In this document: positions 1-12,800 of the stretch, in pieces | How positions within the stretch are numbered: the first letter of the stretch is position 1 | Layout: the number at the start of each line of letters is the position of its first letter | Assembly (NCBI RefSeq): GCF_001949145.1 | Contig: NW_019091357.1 | Coordinates: 4,514,183 to 4,565,964, forward strand | DNA from: Acanthaster planci | Lineage: Eukaryota | Length of the DNA: 51,782 bases | Direction of reading: 5' to 3' | The notes under the pieces: generated by a model | What the model was told of the DNA's origin: nothing | What the model saw: only the letters and a program-made list of their open reading frames with translations | Databases searched by the model: none | Position numbers and translations under genes: made by a program

Positions 1-506
1 GGTGTTAAATGCGGTTCCGGAGTTGAAATGGGCAGAGAATCCATCTGAAGTAAAAAGATACACCAGTAACCTGTTTTTGCATGTATACACAGTAATTTCT
101 CTGCAGGGCAACCCTGTGCCTCGTCGCTATGTGAACCTGACCCATGTTTTCATTGCCCCCTACCCATTAGGGCCATGGCTAGACACTGCCTCCTCCAAGA
201 CGTTTCTTACCTGCGAGTTGTCGAGATGTCTGGTCCCCAGGGATTGACACTGAGGGCACTCTCCCGCCTCACCAGTCCATCCACTGGTGAGTCCGTCAGA
301 TGTCCGAGATAAACTTGTTCTAAGAAGTGTGAACTTTGGGGGGAAATTTTGGAGATGACAGTGTTTAAGATCCATCTCTGTTGCACTGAACCAGTAGTTA
401 TCTCTATGTCAGAAGTTCAGGTTTGCGTAGGATAATTGTATCTTTTTTGTTCTGGGGCAAAGTATGTTACGTCAGTAATATTTTGGGGATAATATCTGTT
501 ACTCAG

Positions 507-3500
507 GTTTGACCTGTGCTGCAGCTGCTTTTCTCAGTGGTCAGCGTCACGGTGAAGCAGTCTTTTACCGAAAGGATCAGTTCCCCCAGGGTGCGATAGG
601 ACCCGTCCAGTTCCTCTGGAAAGCCGAAGCGACTTTGGCAGACAGTGTCCCCAAGGCAAAAGGAGAAAGCCAAGAGGGGTGCGAAGCTGGAATGCCAGCG
701 GCAAGCCCTGGGGGAAAGTTTGAGGAGAAAGGAGTCAGGAAGCTGTGGCTGTGGGCTCACCCATCGTGTGCCTCAGAGTTACTCAAGGAACTCAAAGCAG
801 CGAGCGAGGCTGAAAATGCAAATACTGGTAATCACATTGATACATTACAAGACGTTGATACATGTTTCTCACAGGCTAATCAACTTTCAAGGAACATCAG
901 TCAGTCTGTACTAAAAGCAAGTTGATCACGTTGATACATTACAAGACGTTGATACATGTTTCTCACAGGCTAACTGACTTTCAAGGAGCATCAGTCAGGC
1001 TGCATGAAAAGCAAGATCAAATTGGCTCTTCCTTATTCAATCCTGCAAAATCCTTCCAACTGCTTAGTGGATAATGAAGTAACTGAGAGTGTTGGGTTAA
1101 AAATCCTCCTGAAATTACCAGCCACTAGATACTGTTTGATTGAAAAAGATTTATTTTAAGGGTACCACAAACCGTAACAGTCCTCAGTCTTCCAACAGGA
1201 TTTAGGACTGATAGGGCTCAGTTCATCTCTCCAAAATGGCTCAGTCATGCTTGACCCGCTGCTTTCTGTTCTGTCTTAGACTCAAACAGCAGAGTCACAG
1301 TGACACAGCTCAAGGACAGTCCCCTGAGGTTCCGCTTGCAGGGCCCACTGTCGCACCCAGTGCTTCTTCACGCCCTAAAGATGTCTGACGTGGGCAAGGC
1401 CTCCGGCCCGGAGCAACCCAGACTGTGGTGGGAAGATTACTACGCAGTGAGTATTGCTTTCAGCATGTTGCACCTGAGGGTGCATGTACACAATCTGGCT
1501 TTCTGTATACACGGGCACAGTCAATGGATTTAAAACGTCAAGGGTGCCTCGAAGCACCTCCATCTGACGTCTGAATACATTAATCCATTAATCATTAATA
1601 CAATAAATCTGTAGAGGTGTACCACTTTAACTTGGCCCTAACTGTGCATGGCTTTTTGTGGTAGCAAGTACTGCTTCGTGGGCACGCCCCGGAATGTTGA
1701 AATATAGAAGGTTGTTCTAAGAAATACGTTTATGTACAAATCCTGAACACCCATCAGGTTTATGTTTTGGCAGCCTGCCAGACATACCAGAATCCAACCC
1801 AGCCGAAGCGAGAGCCCTTTTTAGTCCTTTTCTGTGCGCGCTGTACCACTGTAACCTATAGCTAAAAATTTTAGCACAGTCAGTAACATGTGTGCAGTGT
1901 TTGATCCGGTCTGGGTTCAAATCCCAGAGAGGGCTACGAGACACGCCTTCTGCAGGTCGCACCAAATGATCGCTGCAAGCATGCCACTCTGAGATATCAG
2001 GCAATTCCACAACGTGTACACGTCATACCTCAGTTAAAGGCTGAAGAGCTCAAAGGACAGTATACAGTCCTGCCGAGAAAGGAAGGTTTATGATCTTGCA
2101 ACCTTATTGCATGGTTACAGGACCTGCATCATCTGCAAGCCTGGCGGGAACAGTCATCCACCTGGGAGACCCTTGGCGGAGTGAGGACAGCGATGGATCT
2201 TCCCCCACGCTGCGTTCTCGGCCTGACAGTACGAGACCCACGCAATCTCCTTCCCATCAAGAGAACTAAGATCATGACAGACCCCAATGAGTTAGTTCCA
2301 CCTGGTAAGTCGGGGATTTCACCAAGCTTAGTTTGACTGTCAGTTATGCAGCGCTGCCTCTCTGCCAAAGAGAGGCAGACAGGTTGTCTTTACAGTGCTT
2401 CCTCCCTGTTGTGTTACTTTTTCTAACTGTTGTTTTCTGCATTTTTGAACATTCTTTTTGTCATGAAAACTTAACACTTCATTACCAGTGACCACTGTGC
2501 ATGGTTCGGATTTCCTCTTTGAGACTATGCTCGGACTTTCTTGGTTTTGATTGTTTTATTGGTAGTTTAATTTTCACATAGACAGACATACTTAAACTTT
2601 CCCCAGACAAAGTACCAACTGAAGTTGTACGCCAGTTCCCTAACGCAGCGCCTGTGTCTCCCCTCTGGGAAAAGTCAGTGCGAACAGCTGTCACATCAAC
2701 CCAGATCCCCACCCACAAGCTGAACAGGATGCGCTCTGAGATGCTCGTCCCGGGCCAGGAGCTCAGTCTTGACCGCCAAGAGTCACGTGTTCCGATTCTG
2801 CTCCTCCAGCAGCCGGGCAGGGAATGCTCAGCAGCTGCATCCCACAAGTCCAAGGGGGGCAGCTCGGCTGGCTTCGGAGGCGGCTGGGACATCGTCCTGC
2901 CGAGTGGCTGGGGGATGGCCTTCTGGATTGCCCTGATCCTGAGGGGCGCCCGCGTGGCAGGGCTTCGGGAATTGCGCTCCTGCCACCTGCAGCAAGGGGT
3001 TCCATTCTTCCCAGATGTTTTCCCGGACACGGCTGCGGGAGAGGAGTGGGCAGACAAGTTAGAGCAGGAGCTGACCAAGAAGTTCAAGAGCTGGCCGCCC
3101 GCCAAGCGGCCCAACTACGGGAAGCTTGGCGTCGTCTCACCTTTTAAGTGTCCCTGGAAGAAACTTCTCAAAGAATGGAGGGATATCAAGAAGTCAGAAG
3201 AAGAAGAGGAGGAAGATATTGCTGTCGAGCCTAATGCAACAGAAGCAATCAAGCAGGCAGCCAGTGACATAGGTGCATCCTCTGAGGAAAAGAACCTGCA
3301 CCCTGAAGAAGATGAGAACCAAACCTTCTTTGTCCTACGAGATAGAACCAAACTGGAAAAACTCAGTGAGTCTTTAGGAGCTAACCTTAGGCCCCTGAAA
3401 ATGTCTATAGCCTCTACGAGGACCAAGCCGAGTGTTTCCTTTGGAGCACCCATAGCAGGCATTCTTAAAGATATTGCTGGTGTCAAAATGCACACTACGG

Positions 3501-4099
3501 AGGCTGCTAATGGACACGCTGCCAGTCAGGCATCAAGTGCACAGAGTAAAGATGCCAAAACAGGCCATCATATGGAGATAAACAGGGTTGCTGCTGACCT
3601 GATTCAAGATGCAGACAGAGTTCTTGTTGGTGTGAGGCTGAGCATGGCCAACCGTGGAGTGCCTCGGCAGTTTGCGATGATTTGCCTGCCGAGCGAGGAA
3701 GATTTCGCATCATTCAAATCTGACCAGAGGTTCTGTCCCCGTGAACCCATCCACAGAGAGTTCAAGCTCCCAAAGACGCCCAAAAAGAAGAAAAACAAGA
3801 AGAAAAAGGGCCAGTCAGTGGATGACAATCCCAGAGATGGGAGCAGTGATGAAGTCCGCGTGAAAGATGAAGTGGCCTCCAATGTGAAACTTTTCAAGTC
3901 TTGCCGTCGTCAGTTGATTGGGTTTGTCATGGACGGAGCAAATGCATTCATCTCTGGAAGTGGCCAAGCAGTGGGCTACTGTTGCATGCTGGGATTGCTG
4001 AGACTTATTGAAGAGCGCCCTCAGGGCCAGACAGGAATGGTCCTCGTCCGGGATACAAAAGCAGTCCAGTATCGATTTGCTTTTTTGGATGTTATATAG
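507..4099 (+). CDS. POP1: POP1 (RNase P/MRP protein subunit), 3' part of gene; exons 507-827, 1280-1446, 2121-2304, 2607-4099; 5' exons lie upstream of the window
   Basis: Exons are bounded by AG/GT with consistent phases (1,0,1). The translation contains POP1-like blocks LTCAAAAFLSGQRHG..YRKDQFPQGAIGPVQFLWK, RFRLQGPLSH, VLGLTVRDPR, the POPLD-type GFGGGWDIVLPSGWGMAFWIALILRGARVAGLRE..FFPDVFPDT..PPAKRPNYGKLGVVSPF, and a C-terminal VLVRDTKAVQYRFAFLDVI-stop. Confidence 0.93.
831..1016. repeat. Tandem duplication of a ~94-bp unit at the start of a POP1 intron
   Basis: atcac(a/g)ttgatacattacaagacgttgatacatgtttctcacaggctaa...aaaagcaag occurs at ~831-922 and again at ~925-1015. Confidence 0.9.
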
Positions 4100-6754
4100 G
4101 ATTCATACCTGGACCTGTTGGTATTTTCTAAACGCTGTACATGTACAATACTCATATAGAAAAGGTACTGATTCACTTTTGAACACATATTTTCATGAAT
4201 TATTGAATTACGTATGTTGTTTATTATTGCCTTTTTTACGAATCTGAAAAATTGATACAAAGTTCGGCTTTGACCTCATTTCTAAGACAGTACTGCTGCA
4301 AACATTTCTATGTTGATTTTTTCTTCGCAGCGGCAATGCTCTTTACATTTGATTAACTCGGCATTTTATTCAATATGGACATCTTCAAAATCGCATCTAC
4401 AACAGATTTGACTGATTTTTTTCCCCCAGTTCGAAACAGGATGTCATTACCTGTATTAATGGAAGCACCAACAAGATGCTGTAACAAAATGTCACATGTT
4501 TTGATGCCACCATCGTTCTCCTTGGTTTGAATTTTCAATGCTCCCTGCCGTGCAAATATTTGTACACAGTGCTAACAGCCGACCAAAGACAATATGTGCT
4601 GCCTCTGGTAATATAAGGAAGACCAAGAATAATTAGAAATTGTTATTTTCCATGGTTGATCAATAATTGGTGGTCGGAACAAAAATGGGATCAATAGGTT
4701 ACCGTTACTCTTCCGGCAGGCACCATTTTGACCTTATTTACAGTACACCGATTTGAATTCTCAACCAAGATTCTTTGAAGAAGACACAAGCCGAGGCAGC
4801 AGTTTTTACATTAACCATGAGACGGGGTTTGCTCTTTTTATTTCAGATAAAATTCAAATCCTTTCTCCCGTGTGGTATAGTCAGTGAATAATACTTAACT
4901 CCGAGTACCACCAAGACTCGTCCTCTGAAGTCTAGAAATACAGACCCGCATGATGTTAAACTTGTCAACATATTTTTCTAACTCGTTCTGTTTAGCCACT
5001 TCACTCCACCTATCTTGTATGGCTGCATTTTGAAGTGCTTTTTTAAGTCTGCATGCAGGTTTATGTTCAGAAAGATGTGCATTCTTGGCCAGGGTAAAAT
5101 GCATGCAGCGTCATGCAGAGTGACGTCGCCCTTTTCCACGTGGGACCCGCTCCGTGAAAATATGTCAAATGACAACAAGGGCCAGTTTTGTTTAACAAGT
5201 ATTGGAGAGAGCAAACTGAAACTCTTTATTTTGAGGCATCACTCAGTTTGGTATCCTGATCAGTGACGACAGTGCATGCGAGTGACAGATGTTGAGGGAT
5301 CATATTGGTTTACATTATAATACAAAGGCCTCTAACCATTGTCGTCTAGGACTGAAATAGCTACCTGTCCTTTCCTAGACGATGTTAACAACTGCCCATC
5401 CCCTCCCAGTGAAATTGTTTAAGCCAACACCCTTAAGTGCTATTCTAAGGCTGTATTTCTGCTGTACCCAATATTTGGGAAGGAAATGTGAAGAGTTGTT
5501 GACCTGTGTTACAGATTGTTTGAAACCAAAACCAAAAAGGAGTCTTTCTAAATTTTGTACAGGAAAAAAATGGCTATCCAAAATTGGTTTTGCCTGTCCT
5601 GAGGATTTGATGGCTAAAAGTAGATGAGACACTGCCTAGAACTCCAAATAATTATCTCTGGGAACTGAGGAGTAACGACTCACTTCCACAGATCACACAT
5701 TCCAAACTCTGTATCCTTGTGGAGACATGGCTTTGTTCTCCAGTACTAAACGTGGTCGCATGTGAAACGATGTTTTCAAACTGCTCCCATTTCAACATGC
5801 ATCACTCTCCTGGCCTGAAGTTTTGACCAAATGTCCCTTATATAAAGCACTTCAATTTACAACGGATTCTTACATATTAAAAATTTCTCCTCTTTGAGCG
5901 ATTTCCAAACATCAGTTTCCTTGACTGAGGCAGTTACACGTAAATCCAACCTATCAATTCTACAAGTGCTATTTTGTGTTCCATTGTAACTGTTGGGATG
6001 ATCATAGGAAAGATTTCCATATAAGGACAACGCTTGATGCCCTGTGCACAAACCTTTGAAGCTTGGCTGAAGAAACCCTTTTTCAAAGTAAATGCTTTGG
6101 AATTGTGTTAGCGCAGTTTCACTTTTTAGGACGTTATAACTTTTTGATGGCTATTTTTAATTTTAAGGGAAAATTAGTTTTTTCCATATATAGAACTCTT
6201 TCCCAGTCACATATGCAAATTCAGCAAGTCCAACCATTTGAATGTAGTCACTAGACACCGTCAGATATTGCAAGCTAGTGGTAAAATAAGGATTGGGCAA
6301 AGATTATTCATACACCAGTCATGTTGTGCTACCATAATGTCACGTTACCGCACAAAAAAAAAAATTTATCTTTTCTGTACAATTTTTTTTACTTTTCATG
6401 CGAAGCACGCCTACCACTGCCACCTGCTCACAAGCGTGATGTCACCACAGTGTTGGTCTGCTTGTTCCTGGTTATTGGATGACATATGTTCCCGAAACCG
6501 ATACACAATACTTTAACAAGACACGACTTTATGCCACAATTCACAATTGACACAAATTCTGCCCATTCAGCGTAACTGTTACTCCATTACGTGCATCACT
6601 TAAAAATACTGATGTGCGCTGTCTGTTTTATATTATCTCTGCCTATTTTACACTATGTACATGCATCACGTGAGATTATGAATGTGCCGGATTGTCCATG
6701 ATTTGTCACAGTTTTGATGGAATAATATGGCATAGGAAAAAGAAAAAAAAAAGT

Positions 6755-7273
6755 TTATCGGAGAACAATGATGTCATAATACATCTTTCCCAGTGCCAAA
6801 GCTGACCCAAAGAACGTGCAGATGATGCCCGTGAAGAACAGGCCATAGGAGATGCCAGTCTTGACGCTGTTGGGCAGGAGGTAGGGATTGCCACCGATCA
6901 GTGGGAGGTCAAAGCCAGCCGGGAACATCATGATGGCCAAGCAGAAGAGCGTCCAGGCGGCCAGCCCCATGTACTTGGGGTAGCGCCGCAGCCGGGGCCG
7001 CTTGTCGGAGAAGATGATCATGCCCGTGCCGACGGCCAGCGCCACAATACCCAGCATGATCAGTACGGCGGCCAGGAGCCACTCCAGCGGGCCCTCGGCG
7101 TAGCGGCAGTCCCAGGGCCGGCCATAGATCTGCTGGCAATGGACCAGCAGGCCCAGGCTCAGGTCCGAGCGCTGGACATTGGAGACCACCCACAGGGGCA
7201 GGGCCAGGCTCATGCCGCACAGGGAGATGGCCAGGAAGTAGAGGATGCCGGCCGCCAACAGGAATGAATCCAT
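6755..7273 (-). CDS. MOSMO: MOSMO (modulator of Smoothened/C16orf52)-like four-TM claudin-superfamily protein, 172 aa, intronless CDS
   Basis: ATG at 7273 sits in a strong Kozak context (gccATGG), and the ORF is GC-rich with four hydrophobic segments. Motifs LPLWV..LSLGLLVHCQQIYGRPWDC, PLEW and LFCLAIMMFPAGF..IGGNPYLLPNSVKTGISYGLF parallel vertebrate MOSMO as I recall it (NPDW..LTVGLVRQCQTIHGR..C, PPEW, LFCMAALIFPIGF..VGGQPYKLPNNTVVGSSYVLF). It may be a paralogue rather than the orthologue. Confidence 0.8.
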   Translation of the reverse strand: MDSFLLAAGILYFLAISLCGMSLALPLWVVSNVQRSDLSLGLLVHCQQIYGRPWDCRYAEGPLEWLLAAVLIMLGIVALAVGTGMIIFSDKRPRLRRYPKYMGLAAWTLFCLAIMMFPAGFDLPLIGGNPYLLPNSVKTGISYGLFFTGIICTFFGSALALGKMYYDIIVLR

Positions 7274-9311
7274 GGCCGGTGACAGAAGTCTTGCACTCAA
7301 AGTCCTGATGTGTGCCCAACTCTGGACAAAGCTGACAATGTTGTCTGTGGTCTACAGATTATGCAGAAGTAGCAGAATCTAAGATAAAAAAAATCAACTC
7401 TTATTCATGACAACATTTCATTAAGCTTTACACTTAAGTATCTTTTGCCATGTTTAGACATTCACGCAAAATTATTTGACCTGTGAGAAAACAGGCTGAC
7501 AGCTTTTTACAATATCAAATTTCCTGAAAAAAAATTTCCAGATCATGCCAGTTCTAATGAAAAGGTACTCGTGACAAATCTGGGGAATATAAAAGAATGC
7601 TGGGTCCCTGCCCAATGTCATGATGAATTTTTATTCAACTGTAATGCACCTGTGACTAATGAAGTTGAAAAATAAAAGAGAAGGAAAAAATGTTGTACCC
7701 TGACTCCACTTTTCTCATCACATAACATCTCAATAAAAGTCAGTCATTACAGAAATGCTGGAAAGACACGAATTCTGGACTGAAAAACATTTACGTATGT
7801 TGTCATGGTTGTTGGGAAATACTTAGAAAATTCTCTTCACTCCCCATAGACTTTGTACACAACTGCTGAAGTGGATTCAGGATGCAACATTTTTTTCTGA
7901 GAAGAATTCTACACATGGATGTCACTACTTTTCCTCTGCAGTAAGCTGCCATCACACATGTAAATTTGGCAGGGAATAGGCCTACATGGAGGATATATTG
8001 AACTTTAGAAAACGCTTGAAATGTTTACAACCAGTCTCCAAGGGTTTGTGCGGCGATGTATGGTACCGGGTATGGAACTCTTTCCAGTAAAGGTTTACCA
8101 TAGTTGGTCCTGATGGAAAAAACAGTAGTAGGGCCTATACCATGACGATGACATGACCGACTGCGCATAAATACAATCATGCCGAGTTGAAAGGGCACAC
8201 CACCAAAAGATGTTGAAAAATTTGTGAAATAGATATGAGCAGAACTCATCAGAAATGAAAATGGTGCGGAACAGATATCTGTAAATTAACATAACGACAT
8301 CTGCCTGAATTACTTCAACTTTGAAAGGAGATTAACATTGTATATTACCAGCGATCATTTGCGCAGTTCCAACACAAAGCTCCGCCATTTTCTCTGTGTT
8401 GTGCTGACGAATGAGGGCGCTATACCAATAAGACAGGGGCTTCAATTCATGAGCCTTCCCATCATGTGTCAATGTCATGATTGCAAGTGCACGTTTTACT
8501 TTCTGCGGAGGTCTCCGAAACGGACGCAGATCATTTTCCCCTCTAGATAGAATTAAGTGAGTCTTTCTTCTTCTAACATGTCTAACCTAGAAACAATATT
8601 TTCCTCGGTTTGCTGTTGATGGGGTGTTTTGAATCAGTGTTTTTATTCCTCCAGGGTGAAATTTCCTCCATAGCAATTTATTATTTAGCATCAAAAATCC
8701 CGGTCAGCCGGTCTGGGCCTATTAAATTAATGTAGATAGCCAGGTCTGGTGAATGTCACGCCCCAACTACAGCATTAGTCCCAACCCAACTATGTAGTTG
8801 GGACTGGCCCGGCCTCCTACCCCCATGATCTAACTTGGCACACTTTGAATTTTTCTTCTAGTGTCGCAATATACTTTCACCTCAAAATGTCAAAAGGTGA
8901 AATTTACTCGAACTCCCATTTTTTATTCATAAATCTCGATAATGCACACCCACTGCAAAGTTCAGATGAAATTTTATCTTGATCCAGTTTTCTTCCGAAG
9001 TGCAAAAAGAACATTTTGAAGTCTTTTAACATAGGCCTACACTCAAGAATACGAAATGGTTTTGTAATTGTGTATGTTAGTGGAGGTAATAATGATTTAG
9101 TTAAATTCATCAAATTTAAAGAAACCTTTACTTTAAATGTTTATGTTGGATTTTCTGAAATATTTTCAACTGTGCCACATGCTGTTTTTTTAATTTCAGA
9201 TGCAATTTCTTGACCTGTTGACACTGAACTTGTCCACAAAGGTTCAAAAAGCCTTTAGGATAAGTCAAGTGAACATCGAATTGGGCCACATTAGGGGACT
9301 GTGTATTTTGT

Positions 9312-9465
9312 TTCACATTAGTGCGCCACCAAGAGTTTGCAATGCGTTAGCCAATCACAGTGCGCGAAATTTGTCGACCCAATGCGCGTTTGGAAAGGGT
9401 CGACAAATTTTGTGCGTTATGATTGGCCAGCGTGTTGCAAACTCTTGGTGGCGCACTATTGTGAA
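9312..9465. mobile_element. Palindromic MITE-like element
   Basis: The ~60-bp arms tagtgcgccaccaagagtttgcaa...aaatttgtcgaccc and gggtcgacaaattt...ttgcaaactcttggtggcgcacta are near reverse complements around a 16-nt spacer. Confidence 0.7.
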
Positions 9466-9897
9466 TCGCTCGTATTGATCACTTATTTTCAGGGACTGTC
9501 ATGCCATGACTGTACCTGTGATGGCCTTGAGCTTAGATATGACATGAATATCCAGCCTTGAAATTGACAGCAGATGTAGTATTACTCTCGTTGAAATTTG
9601 CTTCCATCTGGAGCTGGATTGGTTATGCAAAGCAGATCATGCAAGGTATCTTAACACCAGTAGTAATAACAAGGCGCCTCCAGCCCCTTGTAACATGAGT
9701 CTTGCTGGAAAATGTGTGTTTATTTCCTGGTGTCATGAACATTTATAGGAATGGAGTTACTCCAGCAACCCTAAGTCATGGAGCACCATAGCATATCACC
9801 TGTCATGCAAAGAGTAAGGAGTTCTTAATTTTGTTTTGTTTAAAATTCATTGTTTTGGTCAAAATGATTCACCTTAAACAGGCTGACTTTCGATCAA

Positions 9898-12800
9898 ATG
9901 AGCAAGGCCAGGGGACGCTACTTCAACAGCCACAGAGGCCGAGACCGGGGCGCCAGATGGGATGGAGGCCAGGAAGACGGGCGAGCGGGACCCAGCAGCA
10001 GAGATGGAGAAGAAGGAGGGAGTGGGTGGGGACAAGGCCACGGTGGAGGGGGTAAAATGGGCGGACCACCACCGGGGCTGAGGGGACGACAGATCGGCAT
10101 GTGGTATGCTGCACGCGGGAGGGCAAAGAAAGCGGCCGAAGAAGCCAGAAATGTAAGCTTGTAACTGACAACCACAATCATTTCATTCAGAGGGTCGTTA
10201 AGTATTGCTCACGAGCCATCAACTCTGTGTTTGTCCCAGATTTTGGACATTGGAAAGAATTTGTACAGGGTGTTTTTAAAAAAAGATAATCCAACTTTAA
10301 GGGGGTTAATACGACCATACTATATACCTTTCAGCAAGGATCACGGTACCACTTTAGAGTAGACATCATCAAAATAAAATGACGCAAAGGTTTGTTGTCC
10401 TGGGCAATGCATGATAGAGCACCATCACCGAGAATTTAGGGTGCAAAAATGTGGTTGGTTCATTTTCATGTGAAACAAAATCAACACGAATTCGCATTAA
10501 TTTTAATGACAGATTATTAATTCATTTAGCGCACATTCATCAACAGCCGTCCTGAGTGACCTCTGTTCCTTTTTAAGCTGGTTCCATGTGTTTCATACTT
10601 TTTAACATTGGCCCAGATTGCTTTCTTTGCTGGTGGGTGTCTGTCTCGCAATGCTTCTCGAAAAGCGTCCGATGGGCTTGCAGACCTTTGGTTTCTTGAA
10701 ATGTCTTTACCACAAAAATTCTGTGCTGAGTGGTTACATGTAGCTGCACCATCGTGATACCAAGCTTGTTTGATGGCCAGAATGGACATGCGAGTCCTTT
10801 TGAATAAAACCCATTGTATAACCAGGCAAGACATTATTCACAATCAAGGTGTGGCAGTTGGTCAAGTGAAATGCAATGAGGCTCAATAAGTGAACCAGTG
10901 CCGTTTTGGTGCCGTGATTTCAATCCATTGGTATTCACTTATGCAATAGCATAATTAGGCAAGAAAGGTGTCATTTGAAAGCTCTTATCTTCAATTTTAT
11001 TGTGGTGGCCCCCAAAATGCTGTGAGAGATGCCATATACATGTAGCTATATCAAGCCCTTAAAGTTGGAGTTCCCTTTTTTGAAAAACCCTGCCTATGCA
11101 GATGCCACTAATTTTTCCGTGCAGTGACCTATCAGCCATCTGAAAATAACAACATGTCCTGAGAGTCAAATTCAGCAGAGAAAATGGTATGGTATTCATA
11201 CAGAAACACTTAGAATTTTTCAGACCAGTCTCATAGGGTTTGTGCACAGGAAGTCAAGTGGCATCCGTACATCCAATTCTTTCCCAGATTTCTAGTGGTG
11301 AAATGTAGTTGCCAGATTTCCATTGTAAGTGTCCACATTGTTAACATTTCAAACTTAACGCTTATTGGCATAGCATTGTCATTGCTCAATGACTTGCTCT
11401 GTAGTGGCCTTGGGTAAGGAGACACTAAAGAGATATTCAGTTTTAGAGGTGGGGGAAACCCACTATTCTGTGTAAAACCCCATCCACGTGCTGGTCTGGG
11501 ATTTGAACCCAAGTTGCCGAGTACCGGTGAAAGGAGGACAAAGCAACCACCTGCGCCTACCCAACTTGTCCCACTATAATTACCACTTTAATTTCCCAGA
11601 GGCCCGTCATAGGTATGCAGCCCGAGCATGAGCGGCACATCTGCAAGTTGTTGGACGATGTGAGAAACCAGGGATCTGATGACGAAGAACAACTCGAAAA
11701 CATGGAAGTTACCCCCAGTAAGTTGTTGTCGAGGTGAACAGCTGCATACAGCAAAGATCAGTGAATCAAATCTTGAATTATAGTAAATTGATTCCAGTAT
11801 TAAAGCCATGTCAAGTCATGTCAAAGGCAGAAGGGTCGTACACTATGTAGGGAACGACTTTGTCACAAATCACTGCAACCCACAATACATGTATATGCAG
11901 GTTGTCAGTTGAATAAGTTTGCAAGGTAACCTGTGGATGAAGTAGTGGCACTTGATAACCCTGTGTTTGATGGATGAATGCCATGGGCCTTTATCCAACA
12001 CACAGGTGGTTTCCTGACGGTTTAATGGTTTTATTGCTTTCATGGATGCTGGCCTTTCCAGAGGTCACTTTCCTCTTCGGGTCTAGCACGGCGATGAGCC
12101 AGTGCAGAAGGTGCGCTCAAAATGAAATGTGTTGTATAGGTCATCCCAGAGCATTAATACATACGCGAGGCCCACCCTTTCAGCACGTCCGTACGCTGAC
12201 TCACGCAGTGAACACGCTTCGGCTGGCTTGACGTCAGATGCATTATTTGCGAGTGACCTTTCCAAAATGAAAGACCGAATTGGCTCAATGTTGATTAAAA
12301 GAAGAGATGCATTGTTTTTTTGTCACAACATTCCTGCAAGTTGCATTGAATGAGTCTTTCATTTGGGAAGATGTGTGAGTTCGGGGCCGTCTCCTTTGTT
12401 TCTACCAGGGAAAAATCCGCAAGAGGAGCAGTTCCACTCATTCTACAGCCACGTGCTAACCCGAGATGCTGGCCTGGACGATAGACTACGGCTGGAGCTG
12501 GAGACTAAGTTGGCCAACAACCGGCAATACAGAGACATGCAGGAGTTCCGCAAGAAGCTGCCATCCTACAATATGAGACATGTAAGTGAAGGCCACTAAA
12601 TGTTGCTCGTTAAAACGTTGACGTCTTACATCAGCAGGTTTTGAAGGTGTTCTTTAGAGTCAAAGGCATTTGTTCTTAAGCATAGGCATCAGGGGATATC
12701 GGTTGTGCATTTTTTTCATGAATCCTATCCAAACTGTAGTTATACAGATGGACAAGGAAATTGGTTGGAGTGGGATTTGAACTTTTGATCCTTTGAGCAC

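Noticed and set aside
2482..3897. Antisense and alternative-frame ORFs over the last POP1 exon
   Set aside because: Shadow ORFs of a GC-rich coding exon with no recognisable motifs.
11935..12340. Extra ~400 bp in copy A intron 2 as a cassette exon
   Set aside because: No convincing phase-compatible donor and no DHX36-like translation. Exons 2 and 3 join in frame without it.
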